A stretch of DNA of 64,000 bases. Origin: Macrostomum lignano (Eukaryota). The first letter of the stretch is position 1, and every line of letters begins with the position of its first letter. The DNA is taken from NCBI GenBank assembly GCA_002269645.1, contig NIVC01002709.1, forward strand, positions 146,780-210,779. Reading direction: 5' to 3'. Positions 61,549 through 64,000 of the stretch are shown here, piece after piece. A model generated the notes under the pieces. The model saw only the letters and a list, made by a program, of their open reading frames with translations, did no database searches and was not told the DNA's origin. A program made the translations under genes and the position numbers.

Positions 61549-64000
61549 TGTAGCGAGTGAATCAAAACGCAGTGGAATTTGTTTTGTTGAAGTGAGATAG
61601 AACGGTTGTAAACCCTTGACGGGCTCTAACTTCGGCTTTATTCGATTTTAGAGACAGTAACGAGAACAGCTTAAGAATATCGTCTAGGGCCAAAAGGGAC
61701 TCGCTGCTAGCTGATTAATGCTTCTCACTGCTACAAGATACTGATGCAAGATGATACAAGATCACTGATGATGAAGTACATCACTATGCATTATCTAATC
61801 GGAGACAAAAAGTTCGAACAGCGCAGGGGAACGAGTAGGTAAGCATTGCAGATGTCATAGGTTGATCAGTTTATGAACACTGTTCAGGTATTGCTAGGTG
61901 GACTGTCTTTCTGGAAAACTTGCACGGAGGTCTCGCTCTTGAATCGCACGCGATTTGCGCTGCGCGACCTTGTGTTAGAGGCGGGAGCGTCGCTTGGCGG
62001 GCCGGTGTAGCTGCTGGCTGCTCTTGTTGGGCTGTTGGTAGGGTGGCGGGCTTGACACGATCGATCGAACCTACGGTAGGCTTGCCGTTGATCTTGAGTA
62101 TCATTGTGGTGTCGTACCTGTCCAGTACCGCGTACGGGCCTTGGTAAGGAGCCTCCAGGGGTCGTCGCACCCGGTCCAACCGCAACCAGACGTGTGTGCA
62201 CGAACTCAGCGCGGCTGGCAGATGCACGGCTATCTCGCGCGTTCTCAGCTGCCGGTATGGGAAGAAAAGCTGATGTAGGCTAGTCGAGAGCTCCTTGAGC
62301 GCAGAAGTGTCGGTGACGACTGGTGGGACCAGCGGTTGCTCACCCGTAACAACGGAAAACGGAGAGGCACCTGACTCATCTGGGAAAATGCGCATGCCCA
62401 GGAGCACGACGGGCAGCTGCTGCAGCCAGTTCTTGCCGCGCGCCTTCAAACCGAGCTTCAGCGTCCGGTGTGCACGTTCGATGACACCGTTTGCTCTCGG
62501 ATTATAGGCTGAAGTGCGGATGTGGTGGATGCCGAGTAGGTCCGTCAAGTTTCTTATGAGCTCCGCTCGGAATTGGGATTCCTGGTCACTGATCATCGTC
62601 AAAGGTGGGCCGAACCGAGAAATCCAGGTTTCCAGGAAGGCTCGTGCGACTGATGTGGCGGCAATGTTCGAAAGCGGTGCTGCCTCGAACCAGCGTGAGT
62701 AGGCATCGATCATGGTGAGTAGGTAGCAAGGCTTCGGGCCGGGGTCTTTAGACTCAGGAGGCGGTAACGGTCCGACCAGGTCAATGTGTATCGTCGTGAA
62801 GGGGTCTTCAGACTCAGGAGGCGGTAACGGTCCGATCAGGTCAATGTGTACCGTCGTGAATCTCTGAGATGGCACAGGCAGCTGCTGCAGTGGGCGTTGA
62901 ACATGTCGTCCAGTCTTGCACTGCTGGCATTGTTGGCACTCGCTACCCACTTGCGAATGTCGGCACCCATTAGCGGCCAGAAGAAAACGATAGCTAATGA
63001 GCCGTTGCGTAGCTTTTCTGCCGGGCTGTGCGAACGAATGCAGCGAGTTGAACACCGCACATCGTAGTACTTCAGGAACTACGGGACACGGGTTAGTCTG
63101 CAAAGTCTGACAGCGTAATGGGTTATCTTTAATTCCGACATCGAAGTTGCTGAACAAGCCTCCTGGCGGATCGTTGGCGGGTAGACTGTCTTTCTGGGCT
63201 CGCGCGATAGCTGGCAAATCCACCGAGGGCGGGATGTCAGCTAGCAGTCTTTCGGACGATGGTGGCTGCGCTTCGGAGGTGACGTTGGGACGAGATAGTG
63301 CATCGGCAACCACGTTGTCCCTACTGGCAATGTGAACGATGTCGCTGACAAATTCAGTGATCACGGATAGGTGGCGTTGCTGTCGGTCCGAAAAACGCTC
63401 CTTTCTGTTGCCGAAGGCTCCGATGATAGGCTTGTGGTCGCAGAACACAGTTGTCCGCTGGCCTTGAATCATGTGCTTCCAGGCCTTGACAGCGGCGACG
63501 ATGGCGAGGAGTTCCCGATCGAAGGTGCTGTACGCAGCCTCGGTACGGACAGTTTCCGCGAGTAGAAAGCTAGGGGTGTAGACTGGCGTCCACCACTTGA
63601 TGTAGAGCACCACCGATGGCAGTCGAGCTGGCGTCCGTTGTGATGGTAAACGTAGCCTGGGGATGCGGAAAGGCGAGCGTGACCGCTTCCGTGAGGCTGT
63701 TCTGAAGCGCTTTCCAGGCGCGACCGTGGTGCTCCGTCCAGACGAATGTCATTGAGACGAGCTGCCGCAATGGTAGGACGGTCTTTGCGTAATCAGGGAT
63801 GCACCGTTGTAAATCCAAACATCCCGAGTAGCGCTGCAAGGCCTGGTGGTCAGTAGAGGTGGCAGCTGTCGGAGGGCCTCGACACGGTGGGGCAGGCGGC
63901 CGAATGCCCTCCGCAGACACGAGATAGCGAGAAACTCTACAGACTCGCGGAAAAACCGACACTTGTCCGAATTTACTCCTCCCAAACCTTTGTCTGTAAG
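61549..64000 (-). mobile_element. Less-deleted copy of the CsRn1-type Gypsy (RT end, RNase H, integrase, 3' LTR); runs off the window
   Basis: LTR at 61549-61735. ORF 61871-63613 contains RNase H (YSTFDRELLAIV..VFCDHKPI) and integrase (HIDLIGPLP..TMIDAYSRW..ISDQESQF..GVIERAHRTLK). Upstream frames show TTDASSTAIGGALHQ and SAEGIRP. Frameshifts present; PPT replaced. Confidence 0.92.

Overview
Repeat-rich animal genomic DNA, probably invertebrate (spliceosomal introns, SINE, microsatellites); no prokaryotic features. Nt 1-11.3 kb is a nest of mobile elements. It holds the end of a decayed Polinton/Maverick (integrase, PLA2, one intact unknown ORF) abutting a Gypsy RT fragment, followed by a PIF/Harbinger transposon (Myb/SANT gene plus DDE transposase). 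The transposase is split by a full-length RTE-like LINE with a 14-bp target-site duplication (TSD). That LINE starts exactly at G1 of an HDV-like self-cleaving ribozyme fold, has no in-frame AUG ahead of its endonuclease, carries a non-canonical 2A-like motif (TVEKNPGP) and ends in four zinc fingers. Nt ~12-64 kb is a tandem array with a ~16-18 kb period. Each unit holds a 14-exon minus-strand gene, reconstructed by hand from GT-AG sites with consistent phases. It encodes signal peptide, an F5/8C/F-type-lectin-like domain, about five atypical Ig-like domains, a TM helix and a short Tyr-containing tail. Copy A keeps the TM helix; copies B and C have lost it. Copy B looks like an A/C recombinant with the crossover in intron 1. 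The units also carry SINEs, MITEs, a solo LTR, CsRn1-type Gypsy remnants, a LINE RT fragment with a hexamer repeat expanded inside it, and several mini/microsatellites. All domain calls come from motif recognition by eye, not database searches; boundaries marked approximate are good to tens of bp.
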